64,000 nucleotides of DNA, taken from Bdellovibrionales bacterium. GTDB taxonomy: Bacteria > Bdellovibrionota > Bdellovibrionia > Bdellovibrionales > UBA1609. The stretch lies in NCBI GenBank assembly GCA_965203095.1, contig OZ241877.1, positions 704,001 through 768,000 on the forward strand. The letters are read 5' to 3'. The notes below the pieces were generated by a model. It was not told the origin of the DNA. It ran no database searches and worked only from the letters and a program-made list of their open reading frames with translations. The position numbers and the translations under genes are program-made. Positions 40,886 to 49,870 of this stretch are shown piece after piece. Within the stretch, counting starts at the first letter, position 1; each line of letters starts with the position of its first letter.

Positions 40886-41860
40886 TTGATGATTGGTTCT
40901 TGCTTGATGACAAATCTCAAAGGCCCTGTTCTTTTAAAAGAGGAAAAGGTTTTTATTATTTCTCAAGGCATTGCTGGCCTCATTTTATTTAAAAGGAATA
41001 TTCAATCTTTTAAGCAAACTCAAAAACTTTGCTCTGAGTTAAAATCCTTAACCAGACCTCCTCCTTTAATAGCTATAGATATGGAAGGGGGAGAAGTGGA
41101 TCGGTTCTCTCATTTAAAGGAATCTTTTAGATGGCCCTCCCCTCACACTTTAAGCTCCTTTTCTTATAAAAAAATTTTTCATAGTGCTCAAGCTATGGCC
41201 CGGCAGTTGTGTCTCTTAGGTATAGACATTAATTTTGCACCAGTGGTGGATTGGCTTTTAGTAGAAAACCCTCTTCTAAAAAAGAGAGTTTTGGGCCGAT
41301 CTCAACAGGAAATTTTAAAAACCGCAGAGCCTTTTATTGAAGGGCTTATAAAAGGAGGAGTTATCCCCTGTTTAAAGCATTTCCCAGGGCACGGAGGGGT
41401 TTTTGGGGACTCACACAAAGTTTTGCCTAAGGACAAACGATCACTTAAAGAGATAGAGCCTCAGTTAGACATATTTCAAAATCTTTTTAACAAATACTCT
41501 TGTTGGATTATGACCGCTCATATTGAATTTTCAAATATAGACAAAAAACCCGCCAGCTTTTCAAAAATTTTCTTAAAAAATATTTTAAGAGATCGGCAAG
41601 GCTTTAAGGGGCTTGTGGTTTCTGACGATATAGATATGTCGGCTTTAAAAGATTTCTCTATTGGCGAGCGGTTTTTTTTAGCTCTTAAAGGGGGTTGTAA
41701 TTTAGTTCTCACTTGCCAAAGGGAGGACAGCCCAAAGGAGATTATAAAATACTTCCAGCAAAATCCTCATAAAAAAGCAGAGATCAAAAAACAATTAGAA
41801 ATCTCATCAAAAAAAATCTTAAAAACTCGATCCAAAAAGTCATTTATCTGCCGGAGCTGA
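40886..41860 (+). CDS. nagZ: Beta-N-acetylhexosaminidase (GH3)
   Basis: IDMEGGEVDR, NFAPVVD, KHFPGHG..DSH, MTAH, SDDIDM. Confidence 0.92.
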   Translation: MMIGSCLMTNLKGPVLLKEEKVFIISQGIAGLILFKRNIQSFKQTQKLCSELKSLTRPPPLIAIDMEGGEVDRFSHLKESFRWPSPHTLSSFSYKKIFHSAQAMARQLCLLGIDINFAPVVDWLLVENPLLKKRVLGRSQQEILKTAEPFIEGLIKGGVIPCLKHFPGHGGVFGDSHKVLPKDKRSLKEIEPQLDIFQNLFNKYSCWIMTAHIEFSNIDKKPASFSKIFLKNILRDRQGFKGLVVSDDIDMSALKDFSIGERFFLALKGGCNLVLTCQREDSPKEIIKYFQQNPHKKAEIKKQLEISSKKILKTRSKKSFICRS

Positions 41861-42000
41861 CCCAACTTTTTCAAACAGGATCTTTTCAAACAGGACCATA
41901 GGTCAAGGGCTCCTTTGGCAAAAGGATAGTTTATAAAAATAAGCCTTTGTGCTTTGCAAAAAACCTTATATTTTTATAATATACCTTATAATAAGTAGAT

Positions 42001-42798
42001 ATGAAAAGCTACAGCTTGATAAAAGGAGATGCCACGAAAAGGCTTTTAATTCAAAAATCAAGTATAGACCTAATTATCACCTCTCCTCCCTATAATGTTG
42101 GAAAAAAATACAACGGGAAAGAAAAAGGGGACTGTTTATCTTATTCAGAATATAAAGACTTTACTAAATCTTGGATAAAAAATTGTTATTATTGGTCAAA
42201 ACCTACAGCCAGGCTTTGTGTAAATGTTTCAATAGATAAAAACAAGTTTGGGAAACAGCCACTTTGTGCTGATATTACAACAATAGCCATGCAATTAGGC
42301 TGGAAATACCACGCAACCATTTTATGGAATGAAGGAAATATCTCAAAAAGAACGGCTTGGGGCTCTTGGATGTCTGCCTCTGCCCCTCATGTAATAGCTC
42401 CTGTGGAAGTCATTATTGTTTTATATAAAAAGGAGTGGAAAAAAAATTATAAAGGAAAATCAGATATTACCGCTAATGAATTTAAAGAGTGGGTTTTAGG
42501 TATATGGAGTTTTAATGGGGAAAAAGGAAAAAAAATAGGGCACGAAGCCCCTTTTCCGAGAGAACTCCCTAAAAGATGTATTAAGCTGTTTTCTTATGTA
42601 GGAGATAAAGTTCTCGATCCCTTTGCCGGTAGTGGGACAACCTTAATAGAGGCTATTAACAATAAAAGGCAAGCTTTTGGTATAGAGCTTGAGGGAAAAT
42701 ACTTTAATTTATCTAAAAAAAGGATAACCAAAGAGTGCCAAACAGCATCTCAAAAATCATTTCAGATGGAAAAACCGCAACAATATGCAATGCTTTAA
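42001..42798 (+). CDS. Amino (N4-C/N6-A) DNA methyltransferase, beta class
   Basis: Catalytic TSPPY precedes AdoMet motif DPFAGSGTT; HEAPFP. Confidence 0.92.
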   Translation: MKSYSLIKGDATKRLLIQKSSIDLIITSPPYNVGKKYNGKEKGDCLSYSEYKDFTKSWIKNCYYWSKPTARLCVNVSIDKNKFGKQPLCADITTIAMQLGWKYHATILWNEGNISKRTAWGSWMSASAPHVIAPVEVIIVLYKKEWKKNYKGKSDITANEFKEWVLGIWSFNGEKGKKIGHEAPFPRELPKRCIKLFSYVGDKVLDPFAGSGTTLIEAINNKRQAFGIELEGKYFNLSKKRITKECQTASQKSFQMEKPQQYAML

Positions 42799-43310
42799 TA
42801 AGCGATGTAGAATACAAAAGCCCTCATGCTTTTATAAAAAGTGCTTTTTCCAAGTATAAAAAAGAATGCGAGAATAACCCAAGCAGAAATGGTCGTATTT
42901 TTGAATTACTGATAGGGCATGTCCTCTGTAAAGAGGGTGTATTGCCTTTTTATTATCAAGCCTCTTTTGAGAGGATTCCAAACGCTTGTTTTGATATAGT
43001 TTTTTACAACCTGAAAGCTCCTATTGTTTTCACAATAAAAACTTCATTAAGAGAGAGGTATAAACAATCTGATTTAGAGGGGCTTGCTTTAAAACAAGTG
43101 TATAGAAAGGCAAAGACCTATTTAATAACCCTATCAAATAAGGAAATAGACGGCATAAAAAGAAAAATAAAAGAGGGAAGCATAACAGGAATAGACGAAT
43201 GCTTTCTAGCTAATGAAAAAGAATTTGATAGCTTACTAAAGAGGCTAAAAGAAGAAGATTTTATTAAAGCTGAGAAGGTATTGCCGATTGACGGACGTTT
43301 TGTCTCTTAG
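42735..43310 (+). CDS. Putative type II restriction endonuclease (start uncertain)
   Basis: Overlaps the MTase; GRIFE..FDIV..IKTSLRERYKQ resembles the KxxxRER motif of CC-recognising PD-(D/E)XK REases (EcoRII/NgoMIV group). Confidence 0.7.
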   Translation: MPNSISKIISDGKTATICNALISDVEYKSPHAFIKSAFSKYKKECENNPSRNGRIFELLIGHVLCKEGVLPFYYQASFERIPNACFDIVFYNLKAPIVFTIKTSLRERYKQSDLEGLALKQVYRKAKTYLITLSNKEIDGIKRKIKEGSITGIDECFLANEKEFDSLLKRLKEEDFIKAEKVLPIDGRFVS

Positions 43311-43331
43311 TCTATTTTTTCTTCCTTAAAC

Positions 43332-43541
43332 AAACATATACTAAACTAAGACTTAGTATGCTTTCAAACACAAACAGCAACTATCTTTTTAAATTAAACC
43401 TCATTTTCTGTCTTTTTATGACTTTTTATAGGTTTTGCTTGTTCCTTCAGCTTTAAAAACTTAAAAAAGCTTGTTTTTAGACAAAAACATATACTAAACT
43501 AAGACTTAGTATACTTTCAAACACAAACAGCAACTATCTTT
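43332..43541 (+). repeat. 57-bp direct repeat pair (43332-43388, 43485-43541) upstream of fic
   Basis: One mismatch; each contains the IR ATACTAA-N8-TTAGTAT; the second abuts the fic ATG. Confidence 0.9.
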
Positions 43542-44672
43542 ATGAATGTTGAAATTGGTAAAAAAATAGCTCAGCCGGAAGGTTTTTCTGCCTTGGTTTT
43601 AAATCCCTTTCCTCAAAAACAGCTTTTAAAGGTTCCTGTGGATATTCTTCTCAAAGCCGGGGAGGCGGAAAGGCTGATAGGAAAATTAGATGGTATCACT
43701 CACACATTGCCGGATGTGGATTTTTTTCTCAAAATGTTTATCAAAAAAGATGCCACTGCCTCATCACAAATTGAAGGGACAAAAGCCACTCTTATTGATG
43801 CTTTAGAACAAGAGGCCGAGATCACAACTCAAAAAACTGATGCTGATGACATTCTCTATTATCTTAAAGCACTCAACTATGGCCTCAATAGCTTGAACAA
43901 ACTCCCTCTCTCTTTAAGATGGATCTGTGAAATTCATAAAGAGCTGATGATAGGGGCTCGAGCCACTCAATTACCCTATCCCGGAGAATTTCGTAAAAGC
44001 CAAAATTATATTGATGGGACAGGGCTGAACAATGCCCTTTTTGTCCCTCCCCCAGTTCCTGAAATGAATCAAGCACTCAATGATTTTGAAAGGTTTTTGT
44101 ATGAGGAAAATAAACGACTGCCTCTTATTCACATAGGGCTTATGCATGCTCAATTTGAAACCATCCATCCCTTTCTTGACGGGAATGGACGAACTGGCCG
44201 GCTTTTAATTACATTGCTTTTGTGCCAAAAAAAGCTTTTGGAACGACCTGTTCTGTTTTTATCCTCTGGGTTTAAAAAACATCAAAAGCTCTATTATCAA
44301 ACTTTGGAAGATTATCACAATGGCCGAGTAGAAAACTGGATGAATTTTTTTTTGGACATAGTTATAGAAATATCTAAAGAGTCCATAAACATTTCTAAAC
44401 AGATAAGAAAATTAAGAGATCAAGATATGGAAAAAATCCAAGCCCTTGCAAAAAGGGAGGCGGAAAGTGGGGTTCAAGTTCTGTCTCATTTGTTTGCTCT
44501 TCCCATTGTCACCACAAAAAGCATTATGAATTGGACCGGCTTTACAAGGGCCGGTGCAAAAAAAGTGATTGACCGATTGATCTCACTTGATATTTTACAA
44601 GCTTCTCAAAAACAAAGTGTTTATGGCAAAACTTATTTTTATAATCGCTACCTCAATATTTTTAGAGAATAG
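43542..44672 (+). CDS. fic: Fic-domain protein (with C-terminal HTH)
   Basis: Canonical HPFLDGNGRTGR; SSQIEGT inhibitory motif. Confidence 0.95.
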   Translation: MNVEIGKKIAQPEGFSALVLNPFPQKQLLKVPVDILLKAGEAERLIGKLDGITHTLPDVDFFLKMFIKKDATASSQIEGTKATLIDALEQEAEITTQKTDADDILYYLKALNYGLNSLNKLPLSLRWICEIHKELMIGARATQLPYPGEFRKSQNYIDGTGLNNALFVPPPVPEMNQALNDFERFLYEENKRLPLIHIGLMHAQFETIHPFLDGNGRTGRLLITLLLCQKKLLERPVLFLSSGFKKHQKLYYQTLEDYHNGRVENWMNFFLDIVIEISKESINISKQIRKLRDQDMEKIQALAKREAESGVQVLSHLFALPIVTTKSIMNWTGFTRAGAKKVIDRLISLDILQASQKQSVYGKTYFYNRYLNIFRE

Positions 44673-44688
44673 ATCTGGAAAACATAGT

Positions 44689-44778
44689 ATGTCTAAATTC
44701 TTTGTCCGATTTTAAAAAAAGGCTTGTTTTCAATGGTTCCAAGCTTTTTTCCTTATCCAACAGGCGAAAACAGGAGAA
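44689..44778. repeat. Dispersed repeat, diverged copy 3 (inverted relative to copies 1 and 2)
   Basis: AAAAAAAGGCTTGTTTTCAATGGTTCCAAGCTTTTTTCCTT..GGCGAA..CAGGAGA matches the reverse complement of 11490-11555. Confidence 0.7.
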
Positions 44779-44916
44779 AGTTCAGCTGGACTTTGTTAAA
44801 TGCGGGGATAAGACATTTTTTGCCACCTGGTGCTGATTTTTCTCTTATAATAACTTCTTACAGCCTTCATTAATAAAGAGAGGAGGGACTAAAGCCATCC
44901 TTTTTTTAAGAAAATC

Positions 44917-46056
44917 TTAAGGCATATTCAGCTCTTTACAAAATTTTCTGAAAGGCAAAATCCGACCATCAGCCAACTGGACATCTTTGTTTTTAAGATG
45001 CACTTGATAAAAAATGGGAATAGATGTCCTCTTTTTAAAATAAGAAATGGCAGGAGAAAGTTTTTGATCCCCTGTCTTACATTCCACAGCAAAGAGAGGT
45101 TTGCTGTTTTTTAAAACCACAAAATCTATTTCTCTTTTGTCTATATCCCTTAAAAATCTCAACTCCATCTTAAAACCTTCCCGATCTTCTAAAAAATGGC
45201 AGTATTTCATCAGCTGTCCAGCTACTAAATTTTCAAAACAATAGCCCAGTTTATGAAAGAGAACAGACCAATCAAAAAGATAAAGTTTTTTTTCTTTTTT
45301 GACTGCACGAAGGCGAGGAGCTGGCCAAGGGGGAATACGAAAACAAAAATAAAAACTTTCTAAAATAGACAGCCATTTTTCCACAGTTTTATGAGCCACT
45401 TGCAAATCTTCTGAAAGGCTTTGAATAGACAAAGGGGCACCCACTTTTTCCGGCAAAGTCTCTGCCAGCAACTCCATTAAACTCAGCTCTCTTATGTTTT
45501 CTAAGTCCCTTATATCGGCATGAATTAAAAGCTCTAAAGAGTTTTTATGCCATCGCCTCAAAAAACGAGAAGAATTTTTTAGAAAAGGCTCAGGGAAGCC
45601 TCCCCATCTCATAAGGTTTTCTAAGTCTGTTGAGCTTGGATTTTTATTAAGTTCTTTTAAGGATAAGGGATGTAAACGATAAAGATAGTAGCGACCTAAG
45701 AGGGAATCTCCCCCTCGCCGATAATGAGAAAAACGAGCAGAACCTGTGATTAAAAAAGATTTTTGATTTTTATGTTTGTCATAAAGTCCTTTTATAAAAT
45801 TTCTCCAACGGGCGTATTTGTGAATTTCGTCAAATATAATCAGCTTTTGCCCTCCGGGAATTTCTTCTTTAAGTATACGACTCCTATCCGCCCGATGATC
45901 ATAATTCAAATAAGCAGGATGCTTTACTCCATTTTTGTTTAAAAAAGAAAGAGCTAAAGTGGTTTTCCCAGCCTGCCGAGGGCCATTGATAAAAATCATT
46001 TTCTCTGGCAAATCCTCTTTAATAGCCGGCCTTAAATATCTGTTGATGATCCTCAT
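44917..46056 (-). CDS. AAA_14 ATPase with DUF4143 C-terminal domain
   Basis: GPRQAGKT, IFDEIHK, ITGSA, GGFPEP, KLYLFD, FENLV, EIDFV..VECK. Confidence 0.9.
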   Translation of the reverse strand: MRIINRYLRPAIKEDLPEKMIFINGPRQAGKTTLALSFLNKNGVKHPAYLNYDHRADRSRILKEEIPGGQKLIIFDEIHKYARWRNFIKGLYDKHKNQKSFLITGSARFSHYRRGGDSLLGRYYLYRLHPLSLKELNKNPSSTDLENLMRWGGFPEPFLKNSSRFLRRWHKNSLELLIHADIRDLENIRELSLMELLAETLPEKVGAPLSIQSLSEDLQVAHKTVEKWLSILESFYFCFRIPPWPAPRLRAVKKEKKLYLFDWSVLFHKLGYCFENLVAGQLMKYCHFLEDREGFKMELRFLRDIDKREIDFVVLKNSKPLFAVECKTGDQKLSPAISYFKKRTSIPIFYQVHLKNKDVQLADGRILPFRKFCKELNMP

Positions 46057-46074
46057 AAGCTTTACTTTATCAAA

Positions 46075-46138
46075 CACGAGTATTTTTGACAATAGTCCAA
46101 TTCACTCACGAGTTTTTTAGACAATAGTCCAATTTACT
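46075..46138. repeat. Tandem 32-bp direct repeat upstream of the AAA/DUF4143 gene
   Basis: CACGAGTATTTTTGACAATAGTCCAATTCACT / CACGAGTTTTTTAGACAATAGTCCAATTTACT. Confidence 0.85.
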
Positions 46139-46168
46139 CGTATTTTGAAAATGCCTTTTCAAAACCCA

Positions 46169-46513
46169 GTCATTCCCGCCTTGAGCAGGAATCCAGTAAA
46201 GTCTGTCCTTCCGTAAATCTTGTTAAAAAGCCTATTCTTTAGGTTCTTTGCCCAAAGGCCACAGCATTTCGGGACGGGAATACCTTGGACCCTCATGCTG
46301 TGGCTTTGGGCAAAAGCAATTAAGCAGTCGTTTTTGTTCAGCTTGGCTATCGCGAACACAGTCATTCCTTTGAGAGCGGGAATCCAGAAAAGCTTGTTCA
46401 CGAAAAAATACCTTGGCCCCTCACCACTAAATTTTGCTTATGCGATAAAGGACAGAAATTTTTCACAGAGAACTAAATAGTTGCCCGTGAAAAAGTCCAG
46501 CTCTCACTGGCTT
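46169..46513. repeat. Composite palindromic repeat cluster: two GTCATTCC-N-GGAATCCA units plus MITE-like copies
   Basis: GTCATTCC..GGAATCCA at 46169-46195 and 46361-46386; hairpin element 46219-46343; partial copies 46391-46475 and 46478-46513 related to 29540-29677. Confidence 0.75.
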
Positions 46514-46560
46514 ATAAATCTATCGTTGATTTTTTTGAATTTGAGTTTAAACTTTATAAT

Positions 46561-48651
46561 ATGGATCAAAACAATAAGTGCATAAAATGCTTTTCCGATA
46601 TGCAGGAACTTTTAACAAGAAAAGGGGTCTTGGTTGATGTTTGCCCCTCTTGTCAAGGAGTTTGGTTAGATGAAGGAGAAATCAATTTTTTTATTTCCGA
46701 CAAAAAAATCTTAAACCGGTATGAAACCAAAGGGCTGGAACAAACTTATAAAACCTCCTATAAATGCCCTAAATGCCAGTCGGAAATGCGTTTGGGCCGT
46801 ATCCATGGATTTCCTTATCAGGTGGAGGAATGTTCCTCTTGTCGCGGGATTTTTTTTGACAGTCATGAATTTAAAAAAATCCAAGGAAAAGACTCTTTTA
46901 AATCCTTTAACTGGGATCGCTCTGTTTGTTTGAGGGAAAAGCCAAAAGATCCAAGCTCTTTACCCATTAAACCAGCTCCTCATAAAAAAACTTCTTCTGG
47001 CTTTTTTGTTAAGCTCCCCTCTCTTGGCCTCACTACAGGCTTGGTTTGTTTCTCCATGTATTCTGTTTTATTCGCCTTGATAGTTTTCTTAATGGAAGTG
47101 CAAAAACTCCCTTTATCCTTAGGTATTATTTCCACCCTGGGGGTAGTTGCCCTTCAATTTTATTTTTCCCCCATAATTTTAGACTGGCAACTGAGGTTTT
47201 TAGGTTCTTTAAAATGGTTAAATTTTAAAGATATTCCTTCAGCTGTTTTTAAAAAATCTCTTACTTCGCTTTGTCAGGAAAATCGCATTCCCATTCCCAA
47301 AGTGGGAATCATTGATGACAAAACTCCTCAAGCTTACACTTATGGTCGAACTCCTCATAGTGCTCGTTTGGTTTTTTCTAAAGGAATGTTTGAAATATTG
47401 GATGAGGAGGAGCTGACAGCTGTTTTAGCCCATGAGATAGGACATATTAAACATTGGGATTTTGTAGTAATGACAGTCATTCAGGTAATTCCTCTGCTTT
47501 TGTATACCATTTATAGGTTTATAAAAACACAAATGGATGATAAAAAATCTAAGGATAGCAACAAATTAGGAGCAGTGCTTGTTGTCTCTTATATATTTTA
47601 TATGATTTCAGAGTATTTGGTTCTTTTTGTCTCTCGTGTTAGGGAATATCATGCAGATAAATTCAGTTGTTATGCTACAAAAAAACCCAACAAGTTGCTA
47701 ACAGCTTTAGTTAAAATCTCTTATGGGCTTTTATCTCACAGTGCTTCTTCTGATTCTGAGGACAACTCACGAGAAGATAGAATTAAGGGGGTTGAGACAC
47801 TCAACATTATGGGTTTTGCCCGATCCAAACAGTTGGCTTTAGCTCGCCAAGGGGAAGAGGATCAGTTTAATCCTCAAAGTGTGGAAGATGTCATGAGATG
47901 GGATCTTTGGAGCCCTTGGGCTTTTTATTATGAATTGCACTCCACACACCCTTTAACGGCAAAAAGAATCAATGCCATTGGTTCTTATGCTTTATCTATG
48001 AATCAAGAGCCTTATCTTCTTTTTAAAAAAGAAAAACCAGAAAGCTATTGGGATGATTTTTTTATAGATGTTTTTGTTTTGTTTCTTCCTTATATTTTGG
48101 CTTTAGGTTGTGGGGGTTTATGGTTTGGTTTGACTGGCAATAGCTACACTTCACTGGGGAAGGAAAATATCCCCTTAATCATTGATTTTTTAGTTTTTGT
48201 GATCTTTGGCTTGGCCTTAGGTGGCCTTATTCGCACACTTCGAGCATATCCTAAAGGCCGATTTTTGCATCACTCTGTGGCTTCACTTTTAAAGCTGATA
48301 AAAGTTTCTCCTGTTCGCTCTTATCCTGTCACACTCAAAGGCTATATTTTAGGAAGAGGAGATGCGGGAAATATTTTTTCAGAAGACTTGGTTTTAAGGG
48401 ATAAAACGGGGATGATGTTTCTCAACCATGAGCCTTTTGGTTTAAACATTTTATTTGCTTTGTTCCGATATAAAAAATTTCAAGGAAAAAACGTGCAAGT
48501 CAGAGGCTGGTATCGTCGCTCACCGTCCCCTTACTTAGAGGTGAGAGATATCCGGCTGAATGAAACCAGCTCTTATGCCTACACATACTATTATAAAATA
48601 GGTTTTTGCCTTTTGGGCTTGTTAATCGCTTTTGTTTATTTTTTGATATAA
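46561..48651 (+). CDS. M48 (HtpX-like) zinc metalloprotease with two N-terminal zf-TFIIB-like zinc ribbons
   Basis: CPSCQGVWLDEGE and CSSCRGIFFD ribbons, HEIGH, SRVREYHAD, STHPL. Confidence 0.88.
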   Translation: MDQNNKCIKCFSDMQELLTRKGVLVDVCPSCQGVWLDEGEINFFISDKKILNRYETKGLEQTYKTSYKCPKCQSEMRLGRIHGFPYQVEECSSCRGIFFDSHEFKKIQGKDSFKSFNWDRSVCLREKPKDPSSLPIKPAPHKKTSSGFFVKLPSLGLTTGLVCFSMYSVLFALIVFLMEVQKLPLSLGIISTLGVVALQFYFSPIILDWQLRFLGSLKWLNFKDIPSAVFKKSLTSLCQENRIPIPKVGIIDDKTPQAYTYGRTPHSARLVFSKGMFEILDEEELTAVLAHEIGHIKHWDFVVMTVIQVIPLLLYTIYRFIKTQMDDKKSKDSNKLGAVLVVSYIFYMISEYLVLFVSRVREYHADKFSCYATKKPNKLLTALVKISYGLLSHSASSDSEDNSREDRIKGVETLNIMGFARSKQLALARQGEEDQFNPQSVEDVMRWDLWSPWAFYYELHSTHPLTAKRINAIGSYALSMNQEPYLLFKKEKPESYWDDFFIDVFVLFLPYILALGCGGLWFGLTGNSYTSLGKENIPLIIDFLVFVIFGLALGGLIRTLRAYPKGRFLHHSVASLLKLIKVSPVRSYPVTLKGYILGRGDAGNIFSEDLVLRDKTGMMFLNHEPFGLNILFALFRYKKFQGKNVQVRGWYRRSPSPYLEVRDIRLNETSSYAYTYYYKIGFCLLGLLIAFVYFLI

Positions 48652-48670
48652 TAACAATCTCAGTTTGCGT

Positions 48671-49609
48671 TTACTGTTTTATAAATCGTTGGGAAAATTC
48701 TTTTTTTGCCTGTTTCCTGAGATAAATACAATCCCCATATTGAAAAGCATCAGACATCCAATCCCACAGCCCGCCTTCTTGCCATGGGTTTAAAACCTCC
48801 CATGTTAAAACTTGAGCACCGGAGTATTTAATACTCCAAAGCTTTTTTAAATTTCGAATAGGAGGGCCTTCCAACTGGATTGTGGCCCCTGTGGTTTCAT
48901 TTTTTAATATAAGATAAAGGAAGTGTGGGTCTTCCGGATGAGTGATCTTAAGGCTGTTAATGTCAATAGCTGAAGAGCTTTTGTATTCATTCTCTCTTTG
49001 ATTTTCTTTTTCACAAGAAGGGCAAGTAGGTTTGTCTTCATCCTCTGGTTCTTTTAACTTTTCCCAAAACAGATTTCCTGTGTTGGACAAAATGTATTCT
49101 TGATCCTTGGGATAGCCTCCTCCGGAATAAGAATAAGAAAATGTTTTTGAAAATTTCCCAGTAATTATTTGGTTTGTTCTGTTATTTCTCACTTGCAAAG
49201 CTATGGAAAAGGCTTGGCCAGCCCATTCTTTAAGAGATTGAATTTGCAATCTTTCCAGATCCAAAAAAATACCTTTAATTTCTGGACCGACATCTTCTGT
49301 GTTGGAGTTTGTAGATTGTTGGGCTGGTTGAGGATGATAGCCTATCCATCCCACAGATACTTCCGCTAAGACCAATGCTTTGTATTGTTGGCCTGACTTT
49401 GCTGTCTCAAAAAAAGCATAAGCAGTTTGATAGTGGCCATTGTGATTATCCAAATCAGAACAGAGATGATTAAAATGCAGTTCATTGTTTTTATCTACCA
49501 CAGTAAAATCTTTTAAAACCTCGCAAGTTTGTTTGTTGAGATCTCCGCAGTCTCCTGCCTGACAGGAGGATGTAATAAAAAAACCAGCAATGAGGATATA
49601 TTTTGTCAT
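48671..49609 (-). CDS. Hypothetical exported/lipoprotein
   Basis: 312-aa ORF with short signal and Cys (ITSSC); divergent from cas12a. Confidence 0.55.
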   Translation of the reverse strand: MTKYILIAGFFITSSCQAGDCGDLNKQTCEVLKDFTVVDKNNELHFNHLCSDLDNHNGHYQTAYAFFETAKSGQQYKALVLAEVSVGWIGYHPQPAQQSTNSNTEDVGPEIKGIFLDLERLQIQSLKEWAGQAFSIALQVRNNRTNQIITGKFSKTFSYSYSGGGYPKDQEYILSNTGNLFWEKLKEPEDEDKPTCPSCEKENQRENEYKSSSAIDINSLKITHPEDPHFLYLILKNETTGATIQLEGPPIRNLKKLWSIKYSGAQVLTWEVLNPWQEGGLWDWMSDAFQYGDCIYLRKQAKKEFSQRFIKQ

Positions 49610-49825
49610 ATTTCAATTTTATCTATTTTGAACTGAAAGTCAATTTTTTTTTATAAATCTTTATTCATAGAATCTTGAAAAATCCCTGTTTTTCTTGCTT
49701 TGAGATGGAATCCATAAATTTCTGCCCTGGGGTTTCATAAACCACTCAAAAGTGTCTCAATTTGCAACAGTTATTTTTTAAGAATCCTTTATTTATAGGC
49801 TTTTTTAAAAAAATCAAAAAAAAAC

Positions 49826-49853
49826 TAAAGCCTTTAGTCCTAAAAACCGATTA
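49826..49853 (+). promoter_or_regulatory. Putative sigma28-type promoter of the cas operon
   Basis: TAAAG..N16 spacing..ACCGATTA, 17 nt upstream of the cas12a ATG. Confidence 0.4.
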
Positions 49854-49870
49854 GTTATTTAAATAGTTTC

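Noticed and set aside
40867..40891. Possible self-target of spacer 6 (GACAGGGCTTAAAGGTGTTATTGGTG) upstream of nagZ
   Set aside because: Needs a gap and several mismatches, has no TTTV PAM, and is compatible with chance in AT-rich DNA
46159..46480. ORFs of 80 and 86 aa
   Set aside because: They are translations of the palindromic repeat cluster, not credible genes
49750..49763. 13-bp motif AGTGTCTCAATTT shared (inverted) with 23035-23047
   Set aside because: Two short copies are insufficient to call a regulatory site
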